A stretch of DNA of 248,000 bases from Andalucia godoyi And28 (GCA_009859145.1 VRVR01000021.1:20001-268000); one strand, 5' to 3'. Positions 138,818-151,679 are shown, counted from the first letter of the stretch. Numbers and translations: made by a program. The notes: a model not told the origin generated them from the sequence alone.

Positions 138818-140828
138818 CGTGTTTCTTTTTCAGTCCTTTGTGTTTTTCCTTCTGTCTTTCTTTTTTTTTGTATTGTTTTCTTTGTGGGACAGCAAAAAAA
138901 CGACAGAGCTGCGGGTGCCAAGATGAATCCATTCATTAGTAAAGGAGAAAAGACGAAGAGAACGAACAAGGATTGCAGCATTTCCCCTCGGGTTTCGGTA
139001 CCTCTGTTACATCGTTGTTGTAACTCGTGCAAAATTACGAAACGTTTACGCTTTCGAATTCGTTTGTCGTGAGTTTACACTGATCCGGGTTGCTTACGTT
139101 TCCTTGCGTGCATGAAATCGAGGGTCTTCCAACTGAGTTCCAATTTCTGATGCAACCAGACACAATGTCACCCATGAAGAGTGCTTTGGCACGTCCTTTG
139201 GTGCAAGCAGATGTTTTTCCCATTCAGAAACGATTCCCGGCGCGGATGTGTCGCAGCTGCGCCTGGTTGAACCAGTGACCAGCACGCCGTACCCTTTTTT
139301 GGATGATCTTCCTCAAGAGTCACCGTTCCGTCCTGTTGACGAAATTTTGCTAATGAAATGCGAGCAAACGACAGCAACGAATACGTGCAGTTGCTAGAAC
139401 AATGCTGTTTCCTGGAGTCCCTGGGCACCGTTTCGGAGGTCCGGCTTTGGCGAGGGCGCTCATCGCACGAACCTGCACTCTTGCTTCACCTGCGTGTAAT
139501 TATTCGTGACTTGAATCAGCAGAAGTTTCCTGTGCATGGGGAAGACCAGGCTACGCGAGGCGGGTCTGCGACTTCCAAGTTCCCCCTTTTTCTTGACTGT
139601 TGACGCCCTCCCTGGTTCAGTTTCCTCCTCGCTTTCACTTTGTTGAATCTCTCTACCAATCGTGCAGCTGGAGACTGGTCCGTGCTCCGATGATCGGGGT
139701 TTGTCTGCCAACAATTGTGTTCTCCATTTCGGACACCTTCGTATAAGTAGATATCTGAGGGGAGCAGGGTTTGCACCTGCGCCGAATTCACAGTCTGTTT
139801 TAAGCACCAACATCAAATCTCCCTGAGGAAGCGCTTGTCGCTCAAGTCGACTTTGGAAATGCAAACAGCCTTGTTTCTATCCAGTCCGGCTGCGACCAAA
139901 CTGTGTGCTTTCGCAAGAAGCACCTGAAGTGCCGGTGCAGAACCGCTGCTCGAGGGGTTCGGCAATTCGACATCCGTGTGACGAAACCTTGCGGACCGTG
140001 TCAGCGTTGCAAACCGATTTCCTCGCCAAACTCCGCAGCCGGCTGCCGCAGAGTCCTTTATGTTGAGATTTTTACGAATGCATCTCGGCAAAAGTTCCGG
140101 CCCCCCGGCGCATGCTGTGCGATGATCCCCAGCTTCGGACGCTTTCATGCTTTCTCAAGTGTTTCCTTTGGAAACTGCGGTTTTTCTCCAAACGCATTTT
140201 CGGCAAAGCTGTCCAATATCGGGGGTAGTGCTGCAATCACAGACTGAATTGCCGTCAGATCCGTTCATCCAGTTCTCTGCAACGGACAAAAACTGAGCCA
140301 ACAGCGGCACACGCACCTAACGCACCTAACGCACCTAACGCACCAGTGTTTTTGCTGGGGTGGGTTGGTGGCCAATCAGTGGCGGGCGCATCTGGTGATC
140401 TGTCATTGTGTGTCTACTGACGTCAGGCATACGAGCAGTCCAACTCGCCCCTCTGTCGTCCATTTGCGCGCACGTTGTCCTGTCTGGTACGACGTTATCG
140501 ACAAAAATGTCTGCCTTTTCCAGACTCCCTCGCCGACCTTTGGGTGAATTTTGGATCTCCCCCAGCTCCATTCCAAAAGAGGTTGGCGAGTGGCGACCCT
140601 TCTGCTTGATGATTTGCTTGTGTGAATTCAAAAAAGTCTCATTCTTCTTTTAACGTATCATCCAATTCAATTTTTTGCTTTTGTTTTGATATGTCAATAG
140701 TACTGCAAGAGAATTTAGACAATTGAGTGTTTGTGAACGACTTTTTTTTTGATTTTCTGATTTGATTTTTTCCCGTTTGTTTACACTGTTTCTTTCTTAC
140801 TGAGCGCAACACAGAACAACAGGCTCGA

Positions 140829-142247
140829 ATGGGAAGCGGTCTTCGGAAATCTCCGTTGAAGCAGACGGACCCCTCCAGCCCATTGGAACATCATCCATCA
140901 TCCCACGAGGATGCCTCTTGCAGTACCAACCCGAGTGCTGCTGCAAACGGAGATGATGACATTGATCCTGCAGCCGCACGGTATCTTCGACAGCGCCGAG
141001 GCGGACTCTTGTCATATGACACTGCTACGTTCACAACCGTGGATGCGTCCACCGGCCAGATGGTCACCATGGTGAGATCGTCTTATGCACCATCGTCGAT
141101 GCTCGGCACTTCTGAAGAAAATTCGACATTCGATGCTTCTTCCCTTATTGGGGGATCCAATTCGGCAGCAGCGGCGTCGTTCGTTGCAGATGATCCAGTG
141201 ATGGCTTATTACCTTTCGCTAGCGCGTTCTGGAGAGCACAATCAGATGCAAGACCCTCAGATAGATACTCGGATGATGATGAGCGAGAACATGAATGTTG
141301 ACGTAGAAATGACGGATGTCGATGTCGATGGCAGCGATGCGGTGTACGCCATGGCGGATCACGATGACGAAATGTTGTATCACCCATCAGAAGAAGATGT
141401 TATTGCGGAACAACAGCGTTTGGCAGCAGAAGAAGAGGCAGATATTTCCTCTCTCGAAGTCCCCGCTGGTAAACATCACATCATGCACCCGAAGAAGAGT
141501 GCTCTCAAGTCTACCAGCGCAGTTGCCTGTAAGCACGACGCACTTTCAGATCTACCCTTCGCGGCCGTTTCTTTGTCGTCCGTAGGCGTTGCGGAAGGCT
141601 GCACTTCTGCGAGTTCAAGTGGTTCAACCCGTGTGCATTTTAATCACACTATCATCGAAGAGGAGTATCCAGCCAATTCTCCTCCGGTGGCCGTTCTCTA
141701 CTGTTCGGAAAGGCAGGTCCGAAGATTGCCCTCTCAAGACAACCTGGATATTGTCGATGGCATTGTCGACCCAGTTCTTGAGAATCCTAGTGAGTCCATC
141801 GTCATCGACGGGCTTCCTGGAGATTCGTGTATGGGTGGTCCTTCAAGCAACTCCTCTACTGCAACTTGTGATTTATCGGATGACGAGACAGTGTCCGATG
141901 GACGCCCTTCATCAAGCGAATCTGGTGTTTTCCCTGAATTTGGTTATGGTGTTCCAATGTCTGCTGGTGGTCAAGGCAGCCGTCCACGTGTTCGGCATGT
142001 TCGAAGTCACTCTGGAAAGCCACCGGCAGCATTTGGAGATGTCAGCCAACAACAGCCGAACGGTGCCGATGTCCATTCAGCTGCGGTGAATGGTAACCAA
142101 AGTCACACGTTCATGTCGGATCTTCGACAAGTGATCGATGTGGAGAATGCGTCCGGACTGACACCTCGCGATCAAAGTGGGAATTCTCCGTCGTTTGAAC
142201 ACTGGGCACATCTGTACAAAACTGCGCAAGGTACCCAACAGCCATGA
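140829..142247 (+). CDS. Hypothetical acidic disordered protein (MG start, KSALK...RVHF)
   Basis: 472-aa ORF. Confidence 0.5.
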   Translation: MGSGLRKSPLKQTDPSSPLEHHPSSHEDASCSTNPSAAANGDDDIDPAAARYLRQRRGGLLSYDTATFTTVDASTGQMVTMVRSSYAPSSMLGTSEENSTFDASSLIGGSNSAAAASFVADDPVMAYYLSLARSGEHNQMQDPQIDTRMMMSENMNVDVEMTDVDVDGSDAVYAMADHDDEMLYHPSEEDVIAEQQRLAAEEEADISSLEVPAGKHHIMHPKKSALKSTSAVACKHDALSDLPFAAVSLSSVGVAEGCTSASSSGSTRVHFNHTIIEEEYPANSPPVAVLYCSERQVRRLPSQDNLDIVDGIVDPVLENPSESIVIDGLPGDSCMGGPSSNSSTATCDLSDDETVSDGRPSSSESGVFPEFGYGVPMSAGGQGSRPRVRHVRSHSGKPPAAFGDVSQQQPNGADVHSAAVNGNQSHTFMSDLRQVIDVENASGLTPRDQSGNSPSFEHWAHLYKTAQGTQQP

Positions 142248-142495
142248 TTGCTTTCTTCTTCTGCGTCCGTCTTCCTTGCTTCGTCTCATCAATTTTTTTG
142301 TTTTGTTGTTGCTGTCCGGTTTCTAGAATTTCACAAGTGATTGGCATTGGATCGCCGTTTTTTTCTTTTCTTGTTTACTCGTGTCTAATGCTGCTTTCGT
142401 AGACAGAAATCCTGTTGTTATTGTAGTTGCATAATTAAAAACAAAAACGGGAAAACATCAAGCTCTTTTCGAAAACTTTCGGTGTTTTCGTCGGA

Positions 142496-143479
142496 TCATT
142501 CTGTCTTTTTCAGAATCTGCAAATTAGCCTTGTCAGAAAGTTTCCAGATTCCAAGTCTGTACAACAACGGAATGCATATCACGTCTCGGAGCATCATGAT
142601 ACTTGCAGTCGCCACATTGAGCTTTGATCCGTCAATTTCCGTCCAATGCACAGGGACCTCCAAAGTCTTGATGCCTAATCTCTGTGCACGGTAGAAGAGC
142701 TCAACATCAAACCCCCACCGATCAATATGCACGCCCTCAAACAATTGTATGGCAATGCTTCTCGGGAATAACTTGAATCCGCACTGCGTATCTCGAATGT
142801 CGCGAACACACAGGGAAGATACCAAAAAATGGAAAGAGTGCATTAGCAGATTTCTCAAAGGAGACCGTTTCGAAATCGCTTCATCCATGAGGTGCGCCCG
142901 TGATCCAAGCACAACGCCATTTGAATTGAGCTTACTTTGCATCAAGGAATACAGGGTGACAAGGTCTTCTATTTCAGTGGCACCATCTGCGTCCACCATC
143001 AGCACGTACTTCCCTCGGCTTGACAGGACCCCTTGTTTTACCGCATGGCCTTTCCCTCTGTTCTCGAGCAACGACAACACGCGAAGTTCTGGAACATTGT
143101 GCACAGCTGCAAACTGGCAAACTCTATTCACCGTATTGTCGCGAGATCCATCGTTCACAACCAAAATCTCAAACGTTGGGAAAAAATTCCTTGCCCGGGA
143201 ATCATTTCGAAGGAAGGAAATGGTCTGGTTGAGCATGATGGGAATCCGATCTTGTTCATTATAAGCAGGAATCACCAGAGAAATGTCAACTTCAGCCTTC
143301 GAAGACAATGTTGGGAAAGGTCGTTCTGCTGCTTTCTCCGACATCCCATCAATATACAGGGTCTTTGGGCTTATTTTTGTGGCAGAAACGTAAGATTTCA
143401 GAGACTTGATCGTCCAGGAAATGGCAAACAAACACACAAAGCCAAAGCCATAGAGAACGGGAGACAGAAAATCGATCAT
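142496..143479 (-). CDS. ALG5: Dolichyl-phosphate beta-glucosyltransferase
   Basis: VIPAYNE, NDGSRD, NRGKG, DADGAT and DTQCGFKLF. Confidence 0.93.
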   Translation of the reverse strand: MIDFLSPVLYGFGFVCLFAISWTIKSLKSYVSATKISPKTLYIDGMSEKAAERPFPTLSSKAEVDISLVIPAYNEQDRIPIMLNQTISFLRNDSRARNFFPTFEILVVNDGSRDNTVNRVCQFAAVHNVPELRVLSLLENRGKGHAVKQGVLSSRGKYVLMVDADGATEIEDLVTLYSLMQSKLNSNGVVLGSRAHLMDEAISKRSPLRNLLMHSFHFLVSSLCVRDIRDTQCGFKLFPRSIAIQLFEGVHIDRWGFDVELFYRAQRLGIKTLEVPVHWTEIDGSKLNVATASIMMLRDVICIPLLYRLGIWKLSDKANLQILKKTE

Positions 143480-143937
143480 GATTGAAAATACATGAGCAGA
143501 ATCTTGAAAATAAGCATTCAGAGGAACTGAAAATGAAGAAGAAGATTAAAAAAGGTGGAAAAACACAAACAACAACAACAACAACAACAAAAAGAAAAAA
143601 ACACTAATGCAAAACAAAACAAACGCTGAGAGTTGTGGATTCGAGTTGATTGTTGGAGAATTCTGTGACAAATGTTCGAGTGTAGAAGCACGACAGTTTG
143701 TTGCTTGCGTGCATTCAGCACCGAGGAATTCTGAATTTTCAGTCATTCTTGGCCTTCCGCGGGAGACAGTTCGAAGAGAAAGATGCAAAACTGGGGATGC
143801 CGAATATGCGCGCGGACTTCGAAGCGGGGTCGCAGGGTTGCAGGGTTGGCGGGTCGGCAATGGCCTGCACATGCGAAGACGACGGTGAAAAAATAAATAA
143901 ATAAAAAATGGAGTGAGCGAGAACTGCACAGCTTTAC

Positions 143938-144969
143938 TTATTGCGTCAAGAAATGGTCTAGCAAAGATAGCACTTCTTCTGGAGCTTCTTGCTGGACCCA
144001 ATGTGAGACTTCTGGCAGCCACACAATTTGCGAGTTTGGAGCGACCTGGCCGATTCCTTTCAAGAGTTCTTTTCCAAGTGCAATGTCCTTTTCTCCCCAT
144101 ACGACCAACACAGAGCATTGAATTGGCTTTCTGAGCTTTGCCTTCATTTCCCTGTCCGGAGCAGACAAGAAAATTGCGCGGTACCATGACAACATGGGTG
144201 CGAGTCCCTTTGAAGTATAGTACTTTGCAACCTCCACATCTTCTTCATTGCAAGTCGAAATCGGCTTGTATATATGGCTTAAGAACCCGTAGTCATCCAT
144301 TGTCAGCAACAGTTCTGGCAAGTAAGGCAGCTGGATAAAGAAGATGTACCAAGAGCGAACGAACGCTTGGTGGAGAGTCATGTTCTTCATAAACAATCTA
144401 GGGTGCGGTGCATTCAAGATCATCATCTTCTGCACCAATTCAGGATACGCGTGCGCAAAGTTCCACGAAACTGCACCACCCCAATCATGTCCGACAAGAC
144501 ACGATATGTGAGTGTAGCCCAGGGCGTCCACCAACAGCTTGATATCCTCAAGCAGGAACGGATGCATCATGTAGTTCTCAGCTCCTGCAGGCTTATCGGA
144601 CTCACCATACCCTCTCATGTCCACCGCCACCACGTAAAACCCCCTCTCGCCACCATCCTGTGCGGATGGCTGTTGTCGCTTTGCAAAATGGTCGAGTGCA
144701 AATCTCCAGCAGTACCAACTCTCCGGGAACCCATGCAGCAAGACAACTAAAGGATCGCCTTTCTTACCTACGGAAACAGTGTGCAGCTCCATTCCGTTCA
144801 AGAGCTTGACGCGCGAATGCGTTCCGAATCCAGTGGCCACGCTTGGTATCCGCTCACGATGTTTTTTCGAAAAGCACCGGCCCAACGAAACAATGCACCG
144901 AAGCACAATCACCAAGCAGACAGGAATCGCATAAACGCACCCTAGGGCAAACGGGATCCATCTGTTCAT
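143938..144969 (-). CDS. Epoxide hydrolase (EPHX3/4-like alpha/beta-hydrolase)
   Basis: LHGFPESWY, DMRGYG, GHDWGG and SHWVQQE. Confidence 0.92.
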   Translation of the reverse strand: MNRWIPFALGCVYAIPVCLVIVLRCIVSLGRCFSKKHRERIPSVATGFGTHSRVKLLNGMELHTVSVGKKGDPLVVLLHGFPESWYCWRFALDHFAKRQQPSAQDGGERGFYVVAVDMRGYGESDKPAGAENYMMHPFLLEDIKLLVDALGYTHISCLVGHDWGGAVSWNFAHAYPELVQKMMILNAPHPRLFMKNMTLHQAFVRSWYIFFIQLPYLPELLLTMDDYGFLSHIYKPISTCNEEDVEVAKYYTSKGLAPMLSWYRAIFLSAPDREMKAKLRKPIQCSVLVVWGEKDIALGKELLKGIGQVAPNSQIVWLPEVSHWVQQEAPEEVLSLLDHFLTQ

Positions 144970-145469
144970 CGCAGCCACCCACACCCGCAACAAATTGTAT
145001 TGGTCGTCAACTCGCCACTCCTGTTTCCCACCCAGCTGAATCGGCAAATAACAATAATAATAAAAATAATAAATAATAAAAAATGTGCATGATACGTCTT
145101 GAAGAGGTCTCTCTCTGTCTCTTTGATGAAAAGAAAAGTCTTGAAACCCCCCGAAATTCCCGAAACTCCCGAAATTCCCGAAGGAGCCCTCAAGCGTCAT
145201 CAAGCTTTTTCCTGAAACAAATAAAGCAGTTTTTTTTTTGATACACAACAGCGTCCCGATTCCCGCCCAATTTCCAGGACTCGTTTTGCATGTTGCGATT
145301 TGTCACACGTCTTTTTCCTGCAGACACATCGTTCTTGCTATTTCTCTCTCTCTTTTTCTCGTTTTTGTTCTATCCTAGTCTTCTCGTCATTCCAGCAGAG
145401 TTTGTCCCAGAATTGTTCTTTTATTCTGCGCTGGTGGTGGTGAAGGCAGGGAGAAAGTGAGAACACGAA

Positions 145470-146957
145470 ATGGACTCCCAAAGAATGGCTCTTGCCACAG
145501 TGTCGGTGTCGCATCGCATGTCCGTTTCTGCTCTTTTGCAATCATCTGAAGGCAGTGAAGTCACTTTGTTTTGTCCTTCTTTGTGTGCCGATCGATGCGA
145601 GTCTCCTTCTCGAACAGGATCGCTTGCATCGACCTCTCCGGACACTGATTTCGAACCTCCCAAATCAATGAAGGGGGATGATGAACCAAGTTCGGTTTCG
145701 TGCGGGTCCAGCGAGAACGATACGGCTGATCCCATCCAGTCCGCGAAGCAACCAGCGGGAAAGAAGCTGTGGACAATGCCCACTTCCTCTGTACCGGGAT
145801 CCTTTTTGCCTGCGAAATCGGGCGAGAAGCGAAACCGAGTTCCTAGAGAACTGCAGTGGGCTCAGCGCGAAAGCCGCAAGGTCTCTGAGCACAGGACGTA
145901 TTCGAAGCTTGAGAATGTTCCAGTATGGGAAGACGGTAAGCTTCTCCATCCACCTCTTCACTCTGTGGATGTAGAGTATCGTGGGAGGTCTCGCAAACGC
146001 CGTCGCATTTTCAACTGCGACGAAGAAACAGACAAGCTTTTCAAGATCCACATTGTGAAGAACAGATGTGGGAAATGGACGCAGCTTTCTACGTACATTC
146101 AAGAAGAGCGCAAGAAGCTAAGGGAACTTTTGTGGGGGCGCGTACTGGAAAAAAGAGAAATCGACCAACAGAATGCGTATCCCCAGTCTTTCAAAGGAAG
146201 CAGTTTGGCACCGCTGGTTTCTGCTGAAGTTGGTTCTCCAGGCGCGTCGTCTGCAAATTCTGCTCCTGTGCGTCAGCCGCACACATCAATTCAGTCCTCC
146301 TCCTCCTCCTCCGCCATCTGCCACAGCACAGAAGACAGTGGCAAGGACGGAGGTGGCAAGAAGCGCGGCAAGTCCGTAGAGTACACACCGATGCCAACAC
146401 AGTCGAAATTCGAGTCAATTCTGCTTGCTCCCGAAGGACCGGATGCCTTGCAACCGGCAGAGATGCGGCACTATCAGAAGACGCTTCGGAGACCCGACGA
146501 AGGGTTGTACATTGCAAAGTCCACAATTCCAGGCGCTGGGTACGGGCTCTTCTCGCAGGTAGATATTCAGAAGAATGAGATCGTATCCGAGTATACGGGA
146601 CGGATCATGACGGATATCGACTATTCGTTGAGATACCCTGAAAATGACGCAGAGTACGTCATTTCGGTTGGGGAAGATCTCTCGATTGACGGCGACGACC
146701 CGTCTGCGACGACGCTTGCACGATTTGCGAATCATCAGCAAGGAAACAGAGCGAACGCAGGGTACATCATGTCTGGCTGCAAAGTTTTCGTTATTGCGTT
146801 CAAATTCATCAAGCGCGACACGGAAATCTTTACTGACTATGGAAGACAGTTCTGGAGCAATGGGCCGGGAGAAAAGGTGCACCGAACAAGATTCACAGAG
146901 CTCACAGGAAAGCCCGCATCTCCAAAGATCAAAAGCCACTGTGCGGATTCGTCATAG
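145470..146957 (+). CDS. SET-domain methyltransferase
   Basis: AGYGLF, EYTG, ARFANH and EIFTDYG. Confidence 0.85.
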   Translation: MDSQRMALATVSVSHRMSVSALLQSSEGSEVTLFCPSLCADRCESPSRTGSLASTSPDTDFEPPKSMKGDDEPSSVSCGSSENDTADPIQSAKQPAGKKLWTMPTSSVPGSFLPAKSGEKRNRVPRELQWAQRESRKVSEHRTYSKLENVPVWEDGKLLHPPLHSVDVEYRGRSRKRRRIFNCDEETDKLFKIHIVKNRCGKWTQLSTYIQEERKKLRELLWGRVLEKREIDQQNAYPQSFKGSSLAPLVSAEVGSPGASSANSAPVRQPHTSIQSSSSSSAICHSTEDSGKDGGGKKRGKSVEYTPMPTQSKFESILLAPEGPDALQPAEMRHYQKTLRRPDEGLYIAKSTIPGAGYGLFSQVDIQKNEIVSEYTGRIMTDIDYSLRYPENDAEYVISVGEDLSIDGDDPSATTLARFANHQQGNRANAGYIMSGCKVFVIAFKFIKRDTEIFTDYGRQFWSNGPGEKVHRTRFTELTGKPASPKIKSHCADSS

Positions 146958-147630
146958 GACTCATAGGAAAAAGCGTCGCACGCGCACGCGCGCGCGCTTG
147001 TGTGTGTGAGAGAGAGAACCAGCTGAAGACGAAAGAAAAGAGGGGAGGGGGGAAAAAATCTAGTAGAGTAATAATAGTGCAAGTCTTTATAAATTACAAC
147101 AATATGCGCGCTTACATAAAATGCAAACAACCTAAACGGATTCGTTAGAACAGTTCAGCAAACACACAGCATGAAGAATGTCACGCTGCACTACGGAAAT
147201 ACAGAAAGGCACATAGAAGAGCGAGAAGAGTTTTCAGGAATGCATCATTAACAACTGTTTTCCACAACGTTCCCTTCAAAAGGAACATAGGAGTGGTGCA
147301 TGACGTGTCTAATCAATAATCATTGCGATTCTGAAAACACCTTCTTCTGAGCGGGACAAAAACAGCGACCAGAAAATAAACGAGAAACATACAATTTCTA
147401 TCTTGCAGGACGTTCCATTTCAAGATAAAGCTGCATCAATTAAAGAAAGAGCGAAGAGAAAGAGCGAAGAGAAAGAGCGAAGAGAAAGAGAGAAGAGAAA
147501 AGAAAGACGCGAAAGACGGAAAAGAGGGGCAGAGCGCAATGAAATTCGCGGGCTCGGGCAAAGACCGACCAGAGTACGACAGCAGTTGGATGCAAAGTGG
147601 ATATCAAAGGACTGCAAAAGCCGAGAATCA

Positions 147631-148967
147631 TCACGATTGGACAGAAACCACATGCAGGAACAAGTGGACAGATTTCCCGAATTTTTCCGTCATAACGGCC
147701 TGGGCGTGCTTGCGAACCCATGAAATCACACTCGCCTCATCACCAATGACGATCTTCTTCATGTTTAAATCGGGAACAACCACATCGGCATCGATTCGCA
147801 GGTCTCCATTCCGAAATGGTGTCCAACCGCGGATGGAGACAGAGACCGAGTAAGGAACTTCTTGGTTCAGCCTCAAAAAGACACCTTCTCGAATAGCCTC
147901 TGTTGCGAACTTGACCACTGGCGCATCCGACCTGACTCCTGGAGGATAGATCCATGTGCCGGGCTGCGCCTTTCTCTTGAGAAAGGCCTTCAGGTCTTCG
148001 ATACCCTGATTCTTCTGCGCAGAGACCATGAACACTTCCGAGCAGTTTTCCACAACCTTCCGGAGCTGATCAATTATGGGTAACAGCTTTCGATGGTCTT
148101 TCACAAGATCAATCTTGTTCAGCACCAGAGCGGTGGTCTCGGCTTTCTCACTCAGTTCTCGCATGAGCTTATCATTCGAAGGCATGTGATCCAACGGCTT
148201 TGAAGCATCGACAACAACAATGCCCAACTGAGCTTCCAAAATAGAAGAATACGCAATCTCCACAAGCGGCTGGAGCGACAATGCTGACCGCTCCGAAGCA
148301 GGAAGGACTCCGGGCGTATCGAAAAACACAATCTGGGTGTCATCCTCAGTCCACATCCCACGAACACGTTCTCTCGTAGTCTGTGCTTTCGGAGAAACAA
148401 TCGACACCTTTTCTCCAATAATACGGTTCAACAGTGTCGATTTCCCAACATTCGGATAGCCCGTGATGGAGACTGTCAGACTCTTCGCATTTGGAGGAGA
148501 TTCCGGAATCTGAAAAGAAAACGTCTTTACTTGCTCATCTGGTGGCAAGGACGAATCGCAGCAACAGGAACAACAGGAACAACAGGAACAACAGGAACAA
148601 CAGGAACAACAGTTATGATAGCAAACAGCAAACATGAGTATACATTCAATAAAATACGTACTCTTATGGATAGGATCTCGAAAAAGCTATTAGAAAATTG
148701 CATACTTGGTTCCTCAATATCAATCTGCGTTCGTTTTCGCTGTTTCGTTTTCGTTTTCGTTTTCGGATCTGGAATGACAACGGCGACCGGTTTATCAGCT
148801 ATTGGTGCCTCTTTCAAGAATAATCTAGACTTTCCAGAAGCAGATGACCGACTTGCGAAATGAATTCCACGAGCACATATCCGGATCATCATCATCACAA
148901 CCACAACCACGACCACGACTACTATTACTATTAAGAGATACGTTCTTGTGAGGAAAAACTCGCTCAA
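147631..148967 (-). CDS. ERAL1: Mitochondrial Era GTPase, one intron
   Basis: GYPNVGKSTL, AQTTR, DTPG, NKID, and KH domain QEVPY...IGDEAS; upstream targeting-like exon. Confidence 0.9.
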
Positions 148968-149201
148968 CTAAAAAACCATTTCGCTATTCCTAAACACTCC
149001 CGAAAAAAATCCAAAAATTTGAGGAGCCTCAATGAACTCAACCTGCTTGAAACGGGCACTCGACACTTGGCTTTCCCCGCCAAATTCCATTCTTCTCTTT
149101 CCTTTCCTTTCTTATCCGTCTTTTTTACACACTCTCTTTTAAGATTAAAATTAAACGTTTATATAGCTGCCCTTCCCACGACGCGAAAGAATTGAAAAAA
149201 T

Positions 149202-150572
149202 ATGCCTCGGCAACAGTCTTCTGGTTCCGCTCCAAAAGGACTGCTATTTTCTGGAATTGCAGTGTTTTTTAGTTCGGATGTTCCGCATGAAATCATCGAG
149301 GTGTTTCGACAGAACGGCGGTCAGTCTGCGAAAGGCGGGAAATTCGCATCGTTTGTCGTGTCTTCGAATGCAAATGATCAAACTGTCCGAGCGATGATGT
149401 CTTCTCGTCGACCGCAGATCGTCGTCCTACCAGCTTGGATTGAGAAATGCTTGCTCGTCAGCACACTTGTTCCGCTTTCGACATTCATTCTCCCACTTGT
149501 CGCCACAGCCGCGACAACTTCCGCGAGTTCCAGCTCGACGATCGCGACGCCTGTTGCATCCAGTTCAAGCACAAAGCCGCCAAATGCCACAAAGACTCCA
149601 GTGAAACAGGTTGTAGGCACGGAGGTCAGCAAATCGCCCTACAATCGAGCAATCGGCGAGCCTTCCGTGGACAGTGCTGCTGTTTATCAGCGAGAGGCTG
149701 CTGGTATGGAGCCGAAAGAATCGAGGAAGCGCTCCGTTCGGTCCGTCGTGCGAGCTGCAGAAAGTAGCAAGAATGACAATCGCAATCAGGACAATGATGA
149801 CGACGATGGCGACGATGACGACGACGATCGTGATGTTCGTGATGTTCGTGATGAGAACGGTGACGACGACGATGGAAATGGTGTCCAAAGCCCAGAAAAA
149901 TTAGTAGAAGATGGAAGAAGAGGTCGAAAGATTCGGAGAAGACTCATTGACGAGACTCCCTCTGCGAGTCAGCAGCAAGTCGCAAATGTTCTAGCGTCGC
150001 TCGCAACGCAGGAGATTGCAGAGAACATAGAAGAATCGCAAACACAGGTGGATGCCAGCCTGCGGCCGCGGATTGGAACTTCGCCAATTGCTCGTCACTC
150101 GCCAGCTCACTCGGTGCAGAGAATTCAACGGCACTCGCTTTTGGAGTCATCGACCTCTCGCTCATTGTATGAGAATATCCCGCCGTATGCGAATGGCCGA
150201 GCATCACCAATTTTGGCCTCGGCGGACCACAATCGATCAGCATACACGCTGAGTACGTCGATGGGTCTTGGAGCGAGCAGTTCCAGTGCGAACGGACCGA
150301 GGGCAGCGCCTTCCATCTTCCAAATGACTAAGAGTCTTTCATCGGGAGCTTTCCTGGCAGTTCCTCGCACCATGTCGTCGATTTTGCGCCCTGCTGCTCT
150401 TCCTGTTCCGGGAGCAAACACCAAGTCGAATACTCCGTCGTCGCAGTTGTTTGCATTTGCTTCTGCTTTAGGTGGCTCCCGATTTAGCGCACCCATTCCT
150501 GTTCCGCTGGTTCCAAATCCTCTTGCTTTCACCAGAATGCCAGCTGTTACCGCGGTTTTCCAAAAAAGATGA
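149202..150572 (+). CDS. N-terminal BRCT domain protein
   Basis: LLFSGIAVFF...QNGG...VLPAWIEKCL BRCT pattern. Confidence 0.7.
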   Translation: MPRQQSSGSAPKGLLFSGIAVFFSSDVPHEIIEVFRQNGGQSAKGGKFASFVVSSNANDQTVRAMMSSRRPQIVVLPAWIEKCLLVSTLVPLSTFILPLVATAATTSASSSSTIATPVASSSSTKPPNATKTPVKQVVGTEVSKSPYNRAIGEPSVDSAAVYQREAAGMEPKESRKRSVRSVVRAAESSKNDNRNQDNDDDDGDDDDDDRDVRDVRDENGDDDDGNGVQSPEKLVEDGRRGRKIRRRLIDETPSASQQQVANVLASLATQEIAENIEESQTQVDASLRPRIGTSPIARHSPAHSVQRIQRHSLLESSTSRSLYENIPPYANGRASPILASADHNRSAYTLSTSMGLGASSSSANGPRAAPSIFQMTKSLSSGAFLAVPRTMSSILRPAALPVPGANTKSNTPSSQLFAFASALGGSRFSAPIPVPLVPNPLAFTRMPAVTAVFQKR

Positions 150573-150773
150573 ATGATCTTTTTTTTTTTTTGTTGTTGCC
150601 CCACCCACGCACTGCATGTCGCAGGCGGCGAATCTGGATGTATTGCCAATTTCTTTTCGGATCATTTACTGTACAAATGCAAATCAAGACAATAATAAAG
150701 AACAACAAACGAACGCCATTCTTGATGATAATGTTAAATTGCGCAGAGCGATCCGCTTAACCTGCCCTACCGA

Positions 150774-151679
150774 CTATGGTTGCTGTGATTGTCGCTGCTG
150801 CTGCTGCAGTTGCTGTGCATTCACACGCTGCGCAATGGCCTGGAGTTGTGATTCCAGATTCTGGGAAATCTTCTTATCGGAGATTGTGAACTTCTGATAC
150901 TTGTCATACGGCGACGGCTTATAATCCTGGAGCAACTGATGGATCTTTTGTTGAGGGGTTTTTGGCCCTCTGGAAGTCATGCCTCCCATCTTTTGCGCAT
151001 TGGTGTGTGGTGTCGCGGGAGCATTTGTCCGGAGCGACGCATATGTGTACTTGTGTAGTCCAGCATAGTACGAGATCTTCTTCTGATCCTCACTCGGCCC
151101 CTTCTTTGTGCTTTTCAGGTCAGAAGTAGAGGAAAGAGTCGTACTGGATCCATGCTCAGACACAACCGACGAAGATGGCTTCTCTGGTGGGGTTTCCAGA
151201 ACGGACGAAAACCGAACCCGGCGCGGCGTTTCTCCATCGCTTATTCCCACGACGTCATCTTCTTCTCCTGCGCCCTCATCACGATCGCCATCCACTCCTT
151301 GTTCCATGAAATTCGGATCATTATTCTTTTGAATTGTGTCACCATGAAGTGCGTCATCCAGCAACTGATGCAACCGCTCCTCGGATTCGTCGCCATCTTC
151401 CAACGGAGAGGGCTCAAGGTCCTGGTACTCCTCATTATTCGTGTCTTCTGACAAATGATCCTGAACTGAATCTGTCTCTGTGTTCGTTTCAGACGTTTCT
151501 CTATATTTCAAAAGATACAGAAACTTCAATCTCCTAACAGTCTTTAGTAGCTCATGGAACTCAATCATTCGACCACGCGCATTCACGACTCTGCGTCCGC
151601 GATGGCGCAGATCACGCAACGACATTTCTTCAGTTCCGTCCGCTGGCTTCACTGCTGGACCCGCGGTCGCAACAGACAT
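150774..151679 (-). CDS. Hypothetical protein (RVRF motif)
   Basis: 301-aa ORF. Confidence 0.45.
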   Translation of the reverse strand: MSVATAGPAVKPADGTEEMSLRDLRHRGRRVVNARGRMIEFHELLKTVRRLKFLYLLKYRETSETNTETDSVQDHLSEDTNNEEYQDLEPSPLEDGDESEERLHQLLDDALHGDTIQKNNDPNFMEQGVDGDRDEGAGEEDDVVGISDGETPRRVRFSSVLETPPEKPSSSVVSEHGSSTTLSSTSDLKSTKKGPSEDQKKISYYAGLHKYTYASLRTNAPATPHTNAQKMGGMTSRGPKTPQQKIHQLLQDYKPSPYDKYQKFTISDKKISQNLESQLQAIAQRVNAQQLQQQQRQSQQP